A DNA stretch of 64,000 nt from Candidatus Bathyarchaeota archaeon (GTDB lineage Archaea; Thermoproteota; Bathyarchaeia; TCS64): positions 227,705 to 291,704 of the forward strand of contig CAVYLP010000003.1 of assembly GCA_963769425.1 (NCBI GenBank), read 5' to 3'. Below, one piece after another: positions 38,717-48,932 of the stretch (position 1 is its first letter; each line of letters begins with the position of its first letter). Both the position numbers and the translations under genes were made by a program. Under the pieces are notes generated by a model. That model saw only the letters and a program-made list of their open reading frames with translations. It did not search any database and was not told the origin of the DNA.

Positions 38717-39442
38717 TCACAGTTCTATGAGCACCTCGAAGGACTCCTTGCTGATGATCTCTCCGAGGTCCTTCTTCCACTCGTCGCCGACGGCAACTAG
38801 GATGTATATCCCCGCGATGTCGGCGCGCTGGTTCCTTACGAGGTCGACGAGCGCCTTCACGGTCTCTCCGCTGCGGACGACGTCGTCGATGATGAGTATG
38901 CTGTCTTTCTTCTTGAGGGAGGCCTTGGGGACGTACATCGTCTTTCTCATCGCCGAGCCCTTGGGGATGAAGGACTCCTCTAGGAAGTCGTTTATCCCGA
39001 CCTCTCTGGTCTCTTTCGCGACTAGGAGGTCCACATCAAGGAGATTGGCGACGAGGGTGGAGACGGGTATGCCGTCCACAGCCGCCGTGAGAACCTTCGT
39101 CACGCGGCGCCCCGCGAACTTCTCCATCGCGTAGTTCGCCATGATCTTTAACCAGGTAATCTCCGCGACGAGGGGCGTGTTGTCGAAGTAACCCTCCTCG
39201 TCGAAGTTGATCCTCTTCTTTAGTTCGGCCTTTATGTCCGTTATTTCCATTAGCTTCTCGTATAGGCCCTGGGCCCTGTCGTAGCTCGGGAGGACGTGCC
39301 CCCTCATGTACCTGCTGAGTATTGGCGGGCTGAGGCCGAGGTAGTCGGATAGTTCTTGATATGTGTGACTCTCGCTCGCGACCTTCAGGAGGTCGGTGAT
39401 CATCATTCTATATTTTAGTTCCCGTACCCTCGTCTCTGCCAT
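38717..39442 (-). CDS. HTH + phosphoribosyltransferase protein (PurR-like)
   Basis: N-terminal HTH (TYQELS...LSRY), PRPP motif LIIDDVVRSGET. Confidence 0.88.
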   Translation of the reverse strand: MAETRVRELKYRMMITDLLKVASESHTYQELSDYLGLSPPILSRYMRGHVLPSYDRAQGLYEKLMEITDIKAELKKRINFDEEGYFDNTPLVAEITWLKIMANYAMEKFAGRRVTKVLTAAVDGIPVSTLVANLLDVDLLVAKETREVGINDFLEESFIPKGSAMRKTMYVPKASLKKKDSILIIDDVVRSGETVKALVDLVRNQRADIAGIYILVAVGDEWKKDLGEIISKESFEVLIEL

Positions 39443-39466
39443 TCACATCATCCCCAGCTGGCGGAG

Positions 39467-39559
39467 CGGGCCTGAGGGGATTTGAACCCCTGACCAACGG
39501 CTCTCTTCGACCCTAAGGTCCTAAAAGGCCGACGCTCTTCCTTGCTGAGCTACAGGCCC
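39467..39559 (-). tRNA. tRNA-Lys(TTT) with 19-nt intron (39503-39521) at 37/38
   Basis: GGGCCTG/CAGGCCC acceptor; BHB formed by CTTT/GAAG with a GACC-TTAG-GGTC hairpin. Confidence 0.93.
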
Positions 39560-39739
39560 ATGGCCCTAAGCGTTAACCCATTAGGACAAACATGGTATTT
39601 AACTGTTTTTGGTTTTGCTTTAATTGTTTAATATAAATGCACTAATCGGTTAAATTTACACACGGGTGCAAGGAGGGCATAGAAGGGGTACCTCGACATA
39701 CTTATTAGACCGCTCTTGTTTATCCCTCTGTTAATCAGC

Positions 39740-39833
39740 GCGGTCGTAGTCCAGCCTGGTAGGACGCCAGCCCCCCACGAGTGTTTCTCGGGGAAAGTTG
39801 GTGACCCGGGTCCAATTCCCGGCGACCGCACCA
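39740..39833 (+). tRNA. tRNA-Gly(CCC) with 18-nt intron (39778-39795), CCA encoded
   Basis: GCGGTCG/CGACCGC acceptor; BHB formed by CCCC/GGGG; C33 and C55 atypical. Confidence 0.9.
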
Positions 39834-39834
39834 C

Positions 39835-41025
39835 TTACTCGGACCTGAGAGCCTCAACAGGGTTGAGATTCGCGGCCCTCCAGGCGGGGTAGATCCCGGA
39901 TAGGGTGGAGGTCAGGACGGCGAATCCTACCACCATCACCCCGATCATGGCAGATGGGACGGCGGTGATCCCGACAATCGAACCTATGGCTCCACTTAGC
40001 CCGAATCCTACGAGCACACCCAGTAGACCGCCTATGAGGCCTGTGAATACTGCCTCGGAGATGAACATCAATAAGACGTGCTTGCTCTTCGCTCCGATAG
40101 CCTTCATGATACCTATCTCGCGTGTGCGCTCCATGACGCTGATGGTCATGGTGTTAATTATCCCGATGCCCGCGACCACGAGGCTTATGGCGGCTATCCC
40201 GCCGAGGACTGCTTGAATCGAACCTACGACCTGATCCATCACAGCCTTAGCTGACTCGTAAGTCACCGCGCTGTAGCCCTTGCCCATCTTTGTCTTGATT
40301 GCTGCAGCGGTGGATGCGACGTTTTCAATTGAGTCGGCCTGCGCCATGACGTAAGTGAACTGGTTCCCCGTCTCGTAGAACTGTTGGGCGTCTCTTAGCG
40401 ACATGGCAATGGAGTCGTCGAGGTTCACACCGAAACTGGCGCCCGTCTTGGCGAGGATACCCACAACGCGCACCGTCAGGGTCTTGTCCACGTCGTTCAC
40501 TCTCGTGTTTAGAGTTATCCTATCACCAATGCCTAGGACGGGTTTTGTCTGGTCCTGCGGTAGAGCGACGTTCGCCCCGATTATCACTACGCCGTTATCA
40601 CTCCTGACGAGCCCTCTCCCATCAGATATTTCGGTATTCTGATTGATCTTCTGGTAATCCTCGGTTATGCCGAAAGTCGAGACGCGGTAAATCTTCCCTT
40701 GAAGCGTGTATGTTGCCATCTTGTTCGCAATAATCGGAGTTGCCGCAATGACGTGTTGTACCTTCTCAATGGTTGTAAGGTCCCTTAACGTTAATGTGCC
40801 GATCGACATAGTCCCCCCGGTGAATCCACCGGGGACTACCATGATGTTTTGAGGGCCAAAGATCTGGAGCTGGCCACTGATGTTATCGCTGAGTCCTTGG
40901 GTTATGGAAACGAGGCCGGTCACAGCCGCGCAGCCGATAAGTATGCCGATCAGGTTCAGAGCGAACCTGAATTTCCTCGACCTGACGCTCTCCCAGGCCG
41001 CGCCGAAGATGTCTCCAATGTTCAA
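39835..41025 (-). CDS. MacB/FtsX-type ABC transporter permease
   Basis: GIGIINTM.ISV.ERTREIGIMKAIGA, PAWRAA.LNPVEALR. Confidence 0.95.
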   Translation of the reverse strand: MNIGDIFGAAWESVRSRKFRFALNLIGILIGCAAVTGLVSITQGLSDNISGQLQIFGPQNIMVVPGGFTGGTMSIGTLTLRDLTTIEKVQHVIAATPIIANKMATYTLQGKIYRVSTFGITEDYQKINQNTEISDGRGLVRSDNGVVIIGANVALPQDQTKPVLGIGDRITLNTRVNDVDKTLTVRVVGILAKTGASFGVNLDDSIAMSLRDAQQFYETGNQFTYVMAQADSIENVASTAAAIKTKMGKGYSAVTYESAKAVMDQVVGSIQAVLGGIAAISLVVAGIGIINTMTISVMERTREIGIMKAIGAKSKHVLLMFISEAVFTGLIGGLLGVLVGFGLSGAIGSIVGITAVPSAMIGVMVVGFAVLTSTLSGIYPAWRAANLNPVEALRSE

Positions 41026-41037
41026 GGTTTATTCATC

Positions 41038-42564
41038 TTATTGGAGTCCGAATAGCCTTCTCAGCCAGCCCCATATTCCGCCGTTGTTTGAGGTGGTCGG
41101 GATTACCGTTGATGGGCTAGTGACGGTGAGAGGTAAGCTGATCGTGGCGTTCTGCTGGTTGTTCCTGCTGTCGAGGTACGTGATCCTCAGCTTCAGGCTA
41201 TAGTCGCCCGTCGTTGAGCTGTTGCTTATGGCGTACTTCAGCGTGAACGGGACGGGGCTATCCGGGTCTATCGCGCCGATGTACTCGGTGCCGCCGGCGA
41301 TCTGCTTAACAGGGCCCTCCGGCAGAACCTGAATCCTCGTGAACTCAACCCTGCCCGTGCCAACCAGCAGCAGGTCCGCCTCAAGCGTTTGAGTGCTCCC
41401 CCTCTCCGCCGTGAGCACAAGGTCCTCCATCAGGGAGAACTGGACGAGGTTCTCGACGGGGACAGTTATCGTCTCCGTTGCTGTGCCCTGAAGGCCCTTT
41501 GCGTCTATGTACTTCACGCTGACCGTTAGCGGGAAGTCACCCGCTGTGGCGGCGCCGCTGAGCAGCAGGATGTACGTGAACTTCGCATTCCCTCCAATGG
41601 ATAGGTCGCCGAGTGATACGGTTGTGGGGTTCAGAGGCGAGATCAGACCCTTGACATCCGGGCTCAGCACGGCCTTCACGTTGTAGACCGCGGCGTCAGC
41701 ACAGGATGCCTGCAGGTCAATGCTGAATTGTTCGCCGGGGATGACCTTACTCGGGTTCATGTTCGTTATAGTGATGACTGGGCTCTTCGTCTGGACCGCG
41801 GTGGTGACTTCCAGTGGGACGCTGAGGGTCTGTTTTGCCTCGATTCCCGAGTCGTTTGTGAACCATGCCTGCGCCGTCAGAGAGTAGGCGCCTATCGGGG
41901 TGTTCTCAAGCGCCTTGATCTTCAACTCATAAGATGTTGATCCACTCGCCTTCAGCTCGGTGAGGTGGTTGTTGATGCCGTCGGTTAAGGTGAGGAGAGG
42001 GCTAGCCGAGGCGAGGGTTATGTCGACATCCTTTACACTAGTGTTTCCCATGTTCTCCACAGTGAGGGTGATCGTGTTCTCCACTCCGGGTGTAATCTTG
42101 CTCCCAGAGGTTGTTATCCTCAAGGCGGGGAGCGAAGGTTGGTTAACCACGACGGTTAGTGGGACCGTCACGGTCACGATGCCTCTGCCAGCCCGTAGGT
42201 AGCTAAGAGTCATCGTGAGTGGATAGGCCCCAACAGCTACGCTCTGATCGACCATCACGGTAGCTGAGTAACTGGCCGAGGCTCCGATCGCGATCTTGTT
42301 GATGACGTACTGGGATCCATCAAGGATGGATACGCCGGGCGTCGTTGAGCTTATCAGTGCCTCGATCTCGGTGACGTCGAAGTTGCCGCCGTTATAGAAG
42401 GTTATTCCGATGCTTCCCTTGGACCCTGCTGCCAACGAGGTGTTGGTTGTGGTTACCTGGAGGTGGGGGATGTAGTCCTCCGCGTATGTGGTCGCTATCT
42501 GGCCCGCTAGTAGGCAGGCGAATAGGATCGTTATTAGATACTTTTTTCCGTTCATTTCTATCAC
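41038..42564 (-). CDS. S-layer-domain (COG1361-like) secreted beta-sandwich protein
   Basis: Signal peptide, repeated N.G...G.Y.L Ig-like modules, between ABC ATPase and permease. Confidence 0.82.
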   Translation of the reverse strand: MIEMNGKKYLITILFACLLAGQIATTYAEDYIPHLQVTTTNTSLAAGSKGSIGITFYNGGNFDVTEIEALISSTTPGVSILDGSQYVINKIAIGASASYSATVMVDQSVAVGAYPLTMTLSYLRAGRGIVTVTVPLTVVVNQPSLPALRITTSGSKITPGVENTITLTVENMGNTSVKDVDITLASASPLLTLTDGINNHLTELKASGSTSYELKIKALENTPIGAYSLTAQAWFTNDSGIEAKQTLSVPLEVTTAVQTKSPVITITNMNPSKVIPGEQFSIDLQASCADAAVYNVKAVLSPDVKGLISPLNPTTVSLGDLSIGGNAKFTYILLLSGAATAGDFPLTVSVKYIDAKGLQGTATETITVPVENLVQFSLMEDLVLTAERGSTQTLEADLLLVGTGRVEFTRIQVLPEGPVKQIAGGTEYIGAIDPDSPVPFTLKYAISNSSTTGDYSLKLRITYLDSRNNQQNATISLPLTVTSPSTVIPTTSNNGGIWGWLRRLFGLQ

Positions 42565-43250
42565 TTGAACCTCTTCTCTCCCGCGATCTCCCCGTCCCGG
42601 ATCTCTACGAGCCGGTCGGTGGCCTGGGCCACGTTGGGATCGTGGGTGATGAGTACGAAAGTCTTGCCCTGCTCCTGGTTTAGGTGGCGGAGCAGACCCA
42701 TGATCTCCTGACCGGTTTTGGAGTCTAGGTTACCGGTCAGCTCGTCGCATAGGAAGAGTGGTGGGTCATTCGCGAGGGCTCTCGCTATCGCAACTCTTTG
42801 CTGCTCTCCTCCGCTGAGCTGGTTGGGCCTGTGGTCGATCCTGTCGCCGAGCCCAACTGATTCGAGGAGTTTCTTCGCCCTCTCCTCCCTCTGCTTGTGC
42901 GGGGCACCGCTTATAGAAAGTGGGAGCTCCACGTTGTGGAGGGCGTCCATTCTCTGGATGAGGTTGAACTGCTGGAAGATGAAGCCGATCTCCTTGTTTC
43001 TGAGGTCGGCGAGCCCGTTGTCGTTCAACGTCGATATATCTATCCCGTTTATGAACACCTGGCCGGAGGTTGGGCGGTCGAGGGCTCCGAGCATGTTGAG
43101 TAGAGTGGACTTCCCGCTACCGGAGGGGCCCATGATGGCCATGAACTCCCCCTTCTCGATCTTGATGTTGATGTTCTTTAGCACTATAAGTGGGTGACCA
43201 CCCTGAAGATACTCCTTCACTAAGTCACGTGTCTCTATGACGAGTGTCAA
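42561..43250 (-). CDS. ABC transporter ATP-binding protein (LolD/MacB-like)
   Basis: [35 protein letters not shown]. Confidence 0.96.
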   Translation of the reverse strand: MTLVIETRDLVKEYLQGGHPLIVLKNINIKIEKGEFMAIMGPSGSGKSTLLNMLGALDRPTSGQVFINGIDISTLNDNGLADLRNKEIGFIFQQFNLIQRMDALHNVELPLSISGAPHKQREERAKKLLESVGLGDRIDHRPNQLSGGEQQRVAIARALANDPPLFLCDELTGNLDSKTGQEIMGLLRHLNQEQGKTFVLITHDPNVAQATDRLVEIRDGEIAGEKRFK

Positions 43251-43252
43251 GA

Positions 43253-43792
43253 CTATGCCTCCAGCTCTGATATGGATTTGTCAAGGTCCTCGAGGCGCTG
43301 TGACATCTTCTTGCGCATCCCCTTCAGGAATAGGAGTCGTGTATCCTTGTCCACGCTCTCGTCGAAGAATCCGATGATGTTTCCGAACATATTAGTGTCG
43401 TCGCCTGCCATCCATGAGAATGATGAAATAATTTTCTTTTTTAACTCAGGAGAAATCCACTTGATGAGCACAGTGATGAATCTGGCGCTGAACCGTGCGC
43501 TGCTCTCCTGGTGTGAGCCTATCTGCTCGAGGAATTTTCGGCCATTCTCGGTTATCTGGTAGAAGTCCACGCCGTCGCGCACAAGTAGCTCAATGAGGCC
43601 TCTTCTCTCGAGACTCTTGAGCGCTGGGTATAGAGTCCCTGTCTTGGGCTCCCAGACTCCTTCGAACGCTTCCTTTATGGACTTGAGCATCTCATAGCCG
43701 TACTTCGGTGAGGCCTCCAGCTGTATGAGTAGCAGGAATTGTAGTGGGCTGATCCTTGGGGGCGTCGGCATAGCGTTTCGGAGGGGGGACAA
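43253..43792 (-). CDS. PadR-family transcriptional regulator
   Basis: YGYEM, GTLYPALK.LE..GLI, YQITE.G. Confidence 0.92.
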   Translation of the reverse strand: MSPLRNAMPTPPRISPLQFLLLIQLEASPKYGYEMLKSIKEAFEGVWEPKTGTLYPALKSLERRGLIELLVRDGVDFYQITENGRKFLEQIGSHQESSARFSARFITVLIKWISPELKKKIISSFSWMAGDDTNMFGNIIGFFDESVDKDTRLLFLKGMRKKMSQRLEDLDKSISELEA

Positions 43793-43999
43793 TAGGTTGA
43801 CCTCTACCTAGTTGATTTTCTACTAGGGGGCTGGGGCATCTTAAAAACATTATGGACATACGTTTTGACCCCTCTAAACCAAATTAACTAAGCGAATTCA
43901 ACGGATTAATTTGGCATCGTCTTCAAACGAGCGAGTATGTGAGTGCTTGCTGAGCGTGTGTGCTTATCTACGGGTGCCCTACTCAGTAATGCGGACATT

Positions 44000-44881
44000 A
44001 TGAAGATTCTCGTCCTCTACGGCTCGGTAGCGAGCAGGAACAGCGAGGAATTGGTCGAGGCCGCGAAGAATAAGGGATATGAGGTCGTCGGGGGGAAGAC
44101 ATCGGAAGTCTCAAGCGAGGTCTCCCCATCTGGCTCACGGTTCTGGCTTAAGGATATCGAGATAACCGACTTCGATGTGTGCCTTCTCCGTAGCTTCGGC
44201 CCCGGTTCCTGCGAGCAGCTTACCCGGCGTATAAGTCTCATCGAGCACATGGAGGTGGCGGGTATCAGGGTCGTCAATCCCTGCTACGCATTCAGGAGAG
44301 CGAGAGACAAGTACGCGACCCAGTACACCCTCAAGGCCGAAGGACTACCCATCCCCACAACATACACGACGGAAGGCATGTCAGACGCGTACCGAGTCTC
44401 CGAGGCTTACGGGGATTTCATCTACAAGCCGATACTCAGCAGCATGGGGAAGGGTAGCATGAGGTTCACCGACCCCGACCTCGCCTACAACGCCTACAAG
44501 ATGCTGGACAGGTACAGCCAGCCCCTAATCCTCCAGAAGTATGTGCAGAATCCCGGCAGGGACATCAGGGTCTTCGTGATAGGGGACTCAGTAGTCGGCT
44601 CCGCCTACAAGTACAGGGCGGAGGGGAAGTGGAAGACGAACGTTGCTCAGGGGGGGCATATGGTGGAGGAGAAGGTACCAGAGGACATACTTGAACTCGG
44701 GCTTAGGGCTACACACACGATGGGGCTCGATTACTCGGGTGTAGACATTATTGAGTCGCCGGACGGCCCGATTATTCTCGAGGTGAATGGCTCCCCCGGA
44801 TGGCAGGCGCTCAACCTTGCCACAAACATCAAGGTCGCTGACGAGATAGTTAGGTACGCGGTGAGTCTAGTATATGGGTGA
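44000..44881 (+). CDS. RimK/LysX-family ATP-grasp ligase
   Basis: RDK, KP..SSMGKG, QKYV...DIRV, WKTNVAQGG, LEVN.SPG. Confidence 0.92.
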   Translation: MKILVLYGSVASRNSEELVEAAKNKGYEVVGGKTSEVSSEVSPSGSRFWLKDIEITDFDVCLLRSFGPGSCEQLTRRISLIEHMEVAGIRVVNPCYAFRRARDKYATQYTLKAEGLPIPTTYTTEGMSDAYRVSEAYGDFIYKPILSSMGKGSMRFTDPDLAYNAYKMLDRYSQPLILQKYVQNPGRDIRVFVIGDSVVGSAYKYRAEGKWKTNVAQGGHMVEEKVPEDILELGLRATHTMGLDYSGVDIIESPDGPIILEVNGSPGWQALNLATNIKVADEIVRYAVSLVYG

Positions 44882-45248
44882 GAGTCAAGCTAGGATCCCG
44901 ATAGTCGTTAAGATTGCGGGTGTCGGTGAGTCGCTGGGCGAATTGAACCGGTTAACTGCCCCCCTCACTGTCGGTGATATCTTGAAGATGTTGCCGATAA
45001 ATGGGAGGACGGTGCCAGCGCAGGGCTGCGTCTCGATACTCCTCGGGTTGAAGAGGGGTACCGAAAAGGCGGTGACTCAGGTTGAGGAGGGCACCATCGT
45101 TTACTGGCCTAGGGCGGGGAGCCTCTGCATCTACCCAGAGGCCGCGAAGACGTATGGCCCCGTCAACAAGATAGGAAAAGTAACTGGTAGTCTTGAGATA
45201 TTCCGGAACCTGAAGAGCGGTTCCCGAATAATAATAGCTGCCGTCTAG
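44874..45248 (+). CDS. Cyclophilin-like fold protein
   Basis: APLTV...LP, G.IVYWP...LCI, PVN.IG. Confidence 0.8.
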   Translation: MGESQARIPIVVKIAGVGESLGELNRLTAPLTVGDILKMLPINGRTVPAQGCVSILLGLKRGTEKAVTQVEEGTIVYWPRAGSLCIYPEAAKTYGPVNKIGKVTGSLEIFRNLKSGSRIIIAAV

Positions 45249-45547
45249 TTGGTCTTGGGGGGGAGGGCGTAGACCCTCAGGTTGTTCGTGTGCGCAACGA
45301 GTTTAATTGTCCCCTTCTGGTCGAGCTCCTCCAGCATCTTTTTAGCGACGCTGACCTTAAGGTTGAACTGACTCGCAATGGCTGGGGGCGTGATGACCTT
45401 CATCTTCTTCATCGCGTCCATAAGTTCAGGGCTGTTAGAGTGGATGGCGTCGACGGAGCCAATGAGCTTCTCCTTCTTCTTCTCCTCCTTCGGAGCCTCG
45501 GTGTCCTGCGTCTTCTCCATCTTCTTCAGGCTTTTCTTTCCGGGCAT
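45245..45547 (-). CDS. rps25e: 30S ribosomal protein S25e
   Basis: MPGKK...KVITP..IASQFNLKVSVAKKML.EL..KG.I. Confidence 0.9.
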   Translation of the reverse strand: MPGKKSLKKMEKTQDTEAPKEEKKKEKLIGSVDAIHSNSPELMDAMKKMKVITPPAIASQFNLKVSVAKKMLEELDQKGTIKLVAHTNNLRVYALPPKTN

Positions 45548-45599
45548 GTTGAATCGTGGATTAAGCGAGGAGGGGAGTTGATAAAGGTGACGCCGAGGG

Positions 45600-48500
45600 C
45601 TAAGCTCTGCGTAGGCCGAGAATGAGTTGGAGGCCACCCATCTCGTAGGCACCCGTCTTGGCGTCCTCGGGGGATACGCCCTCCTGAAGCAGGTCGGAGA
45701 GGGTCTCCGTCTTGATGTAGTCGGCCTCCTCCTGAAATACCTCGACCACATCCGGGTCACCGCGGTAGTAGGTCTCTATGTGGTCGTTGATGTCGAAGTT
45801 AGCCTCCTTGCGGAGTGACTGGATGCGGCGGACTATGTCTCTCGCTAGTCCTTCGCTGCTGAGCGATTCGTCGATGGTGGTGTTGACACCGACAAGTAAG
45901 CCGCCCTCCTCCATGATGGAGTAGCCCTCGATTGGCTTTGATTCCAGCTCAACCTCCTCGGGAAGGACTTCGACGAGGCTGCCATTGACATTGAGCGTGA
46001 CTGCTTTCCTCCTAGCCAGTGTCTCGGTCTGCTCAGTCGTCATCGCCCTGATGGCATCCGCTACCGCGATGAAGTTTTTACCGTGTTTCTTCCCAAGGAG
46101 TCGGGGCAATGGCTTGGCGATGTAGCTCTGTAGGATGTCCCGCTCGCCGGTTACCTTGACTTCCTTGACGTTTAGTTCCTCACGGATGAATGGTGCGACC
46201 TTGTTAACGATTGGAAGCTGCTCCTTCGAGGCGACTATTATTGCCTCGCTGAGTGGCTGGCGGAGTTTTATCTGGCTCTTTGCCCTCGCCGCGCGTCCGA
46301 GGCTACTCGCAATCATGGCGAGTTCCATCTCCGCCATCAACCCCTCATCTATCTCGGATTCCTGTGCAGTAGGCCAGTCGTTGTGGTGGACGCTCTCGTG
46401 GGCATTCGGCTCGACAGGTCGGACTAGGCGTTGGTACATAGCCTCGGAGACGTGGGGGGTGAGGGGCGCCATGAGCAGGGTGACGGTCTTGAGGCACCTG
46501 TAGAGTGTCGCGTATGCCGCCCTCTTCTCGTCGTCCGCCTCAGTCTTCCAAAACCGGCGCCTGCTCCTCCTGACGTACCACTTGGATAGAGCGTCGACGA
46601 AGCGCTCCAGTTCCTGTGTGGGGGTTGAAGCGTCGTAGTTCTCGAGCGAGGCGGTCACGCTCTCGATGAGAGTGTTAAGTCTTGATAGGATCCAGCGGTC
46701 CAACTGCTGTAGGTTCTTCGGCTGCTGTTCTGTGGTCCATTTATCGAGGTTGGCGTAGATGGTGAAGAAGTTGTAGACGTTGAGGAGGGTCATGAAGTAC
46801 ATCCGCTTCACCTCATTGGCTTTGGTGTAGCCAAAGAGTACGTCGTTCTCGGGCTTAGCGGCGCAGTATATCCAGCGCATTATGTCGGCGCCCATGGTCT
46901 CGGCTGCATCGTCGAACCAGATAGCGTTGCCTCGACTCTTGTGCATCTCCTGCCCATCCTCGGCGAGGACCGAGCCGTGGCCGAGGCAGACCTTGTAGGG
47001 TGTCCTGCGTTCTAGGATGGTGCTCTCGGCGAGCATGGCGTAGAACCAGTTGCGGAACTGGCCGGGGAAGGACTCGGTGATGAAGTCGGCTGGAAACCAC
47101 TTCTCCCAGTAGGCGCGGTCGCTGCGGTAGCGGAGGGTGCTGTAGCCGACTATCCCTGCGTCGAGCCACGGGTTGCCCACCTCGGGGACCCTGCTCGCGA
47201 CACCACCGCACTTTTCGCACCTGATCTTTACGGCGTCTATGTATGGGCGGTGTGGGCTGTGTCCCTCGAACTCGTCCCATCCGCTGATCGCCCTGCTCTT
47301 TAGCTCCTCCTTGTCGCCTATGACTATGAACCATCCGCAGCTGCACTGCCATATGGGTAGGGCGAGGCCCCAGTACCGCTTCTTACTTATCATCCAGTCG
47401 TCCATGTTCTGAAGCCAGTCGAGTTCGCGTTTGAGGCCGAACTCGGGTATCCAGCGGACGTTGCTGGCGGAGTCCATTATCTGGTAGCGGAGGCTCTTGT
47501 CTTTCTCTTCGGTGGTCACCGTCTCGTAGGGCTTGTCGAGCTTCTCGCCCATGTTGATGAACCACTCGTTTACGAGGCGGAAGACGAGTTCCGAGCCGCA
47601 GCGCCAGCAGACTGGGTAGCGGTGGGTGATCTTCTGGGTGCGTAGGAGGAAGCCGCGTGCCTTTAGGTCCTCGAAGATGGGCTCGGCGGAGTTGTAGACG
47701 TGTGTGCCTGTGAGCCATCCGAAGCCGGGTGTTATGACTCCGTACTCGTCGAGGGGTGCGGGGGCGGGGAGCTTGTTCTGCTTCCCGAGTTCGAAGTCCT
47801 CTTTTCCCGCTCCGGGGGCGATATGGACGAGTCCGGTTCCCTCAGTCTCGCCTACTGCGTCCCACATGATGACGCGATGCGCCTCGGGTACGCCGAGCTT
47901 CTTGGGTATCTCGAGGTCGTCGTATGGACCAGTGTAGGTCCAGCCGAGCATGTCCCTACCCTTGAGTTCCTCGAGGATGGTGTAGCTGCCCTTCTGGGTG
48001 AAGACGGTGGCGAGGGTACCCTTACTTAGGTAGAGTATCTCTTCTCCGTGTTTGACCTTAACATAGGTTAGGTCTGGGTGGGCTGCGACGGCGACGTTGC
48101 TCGTGAGGGTCCAGGGTGTGGTCGTCCAGATGAGGAGTGAGCCTTCACGGTCCTTGAGGGGAAACTTGACGAATACGGTTGTGTGTGTGATCTCCTTGTA
48201 GCCCTCGGTGACTATCTCGTGTTGGCTTATGCCTGTGCTGCAGCGGGGGCACCAGGGCATGGAGTCCTGTCCCCTGTATATCCAGCCGCGGGTGTGGCAG
48301 CTCTTGAGGGCGGTCCAGATCATGTAGTTGTTCTCGTCGCTTAGGGTGTAGTAGCTGCCCCCGACCTGTGGCATGCCGAGTTGGCCGACGATGTACTCGG
48401 CGGTGCCGTAGACGGGGCCGTGTGAGCCGACGTATGTGGTCTGCTGCAGGGGGTTGTTCATGGCCTCGGCGAGCTTGCGTAGTTCGTCGGGGTTATTCCA

Positions 48501-48932
48501 GTCGCACCAGTATCCTAGGCGTATGCTCTGCTCAGTCTGGCGGGCGGAGTAGTTGAGGACTCTTTGCTTGCACTTGACGACAAACTCGGCTATGCCGTAG
48601 GCCTCTATGTCGCGTTTGGTCTGGAAGCCTAGCTCCTTCTCTACCTCTACCTCTACCCATAGTCCCTGGCAGTCGAATCCGTTCTGGTATCGGACGTCTC
48701 TTCCGCGCATGGCCCAGTAGCGTTGCCAGAGGTCCTTGTATGTGCGACCCCATGCGTGGTGGACGCCCATCGGGTTATTGGCTGTGATTGGGCCGTCGAT
48801 AAAGCTCCACTTGGGTTTGCCCTCATTGAGGCTACGCCTTTTCTCGAAGGCGTTTGTCTCCCTCCAGAGCTTCTGTACGTCGCGCTCAAGAGCGGCTATG
48901 TCGACTTTACTGTCTATGGGTTGGAAGGTCAT
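45600..48932 (-). CDS. ileS: Isoleucine--tRNA ligase (type 2-like, variant signature motifs)
   Basis: DGP, GFDCQGL, WTTTPWTL, GTGLVH, DWMISKKRYWG, EMHKS, YVRRSRRRFW. Confidence 0.96.
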   Translation of the reverse strand: MTFQPIDSKVDIAALERDVQKLWRETNAFEKRRSLNEGKPKWSFIDGPITANNPMGVHHAWGRTYKDLWQRYWAMRGRDVRYQNGFDCQGLWVEVEVEKELGFQTKRDIEAYGIAEFVVKCKQRVLNYSARQTEQSIRLGYWCDWNNPDELRKLAEAMNNPLQQTTYVGSHGPVYGTAEYIVGQLGMPQVGGSYYTLSDENNYMIWTALKSCHTRGWIYRGQDSMPWCPRCSTGISQHEIVTEGYKEITHTTVFVKFPLKDREGSLLIWTTTPWTLTSNVAVAAHPDLTYVKVKHGEEILYLSKGTLATVFTQKGSYTILEELKGRDMLGWTYTGPYDDLEIPKKLGVPEAHRVIMWDAVGETEGTGLVHIAPGAGKEDFELGKQNKLPAPAPLDEYGVITPGFGWLTGTHVYNSAEPIFEDLKARGFLLRTQKITHRYPVCWRCGSELVFRLVNEWFINMGEKLDKPYETVTTEEKDKSLRYQIMDSASNVRWIPEFGLKRELDWLQNMDDWMISKKRYWGLALPIWQCSCGWFIVIGDKEELKSRAISGWDEFEGHSPHRPYIDAVKIRCEKCGGVASRVPEVGNPWLDAGIVGYSTLRYRSDRAYWEKWFPADFITESFPGQFRNWFYAMLAESTILERRTPYKVCLGHGSVLAEDGQEMHKSRGNAIWFDDAAETMGADIMRWIYCAAKPENDVLFGYTKANEVKRMYFMTLLNVYNFFTIYANLDKWTTEQQPKNLQQLDRWILSRLNTLIESVTASLENYDASTPTQELERFVDALSKWYVRRSRRRFWKTEADDEKRAAYATLYRCLKTVTLLMAPLTPHVSEAMYQRLVRPVEPNAHESVHHNDWPTAQESEIDEGLMAEMELAMIASSLGRAARAKSQIKLRQPLSEAIIVASKEQLPIVNKVAPFIREELNVKEVKVTGERDILQSYIAKPLPRLLGKKHGKNFIAVADAIRAMTTEQTETLARRKAVTLNVNGSLVEVLPEEVELESKPIEGYSIMEEGGLLVGVNTTIDESLSSEGLARDIVRRIQSLRKEANFDINDHIETYYRGDPDVVEVFQEEADYIKTETLSDLLQEGVSPEDAKTGAYEMGGLQLILGLRRA

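Noticed and set aside
39835-43792. ABC/PadR unit as an element integrated at tRNA-Gly
   Set aside because: It abuts the tRNA 3' end, but I found no duplicated att sequence, integrase or composition shift.
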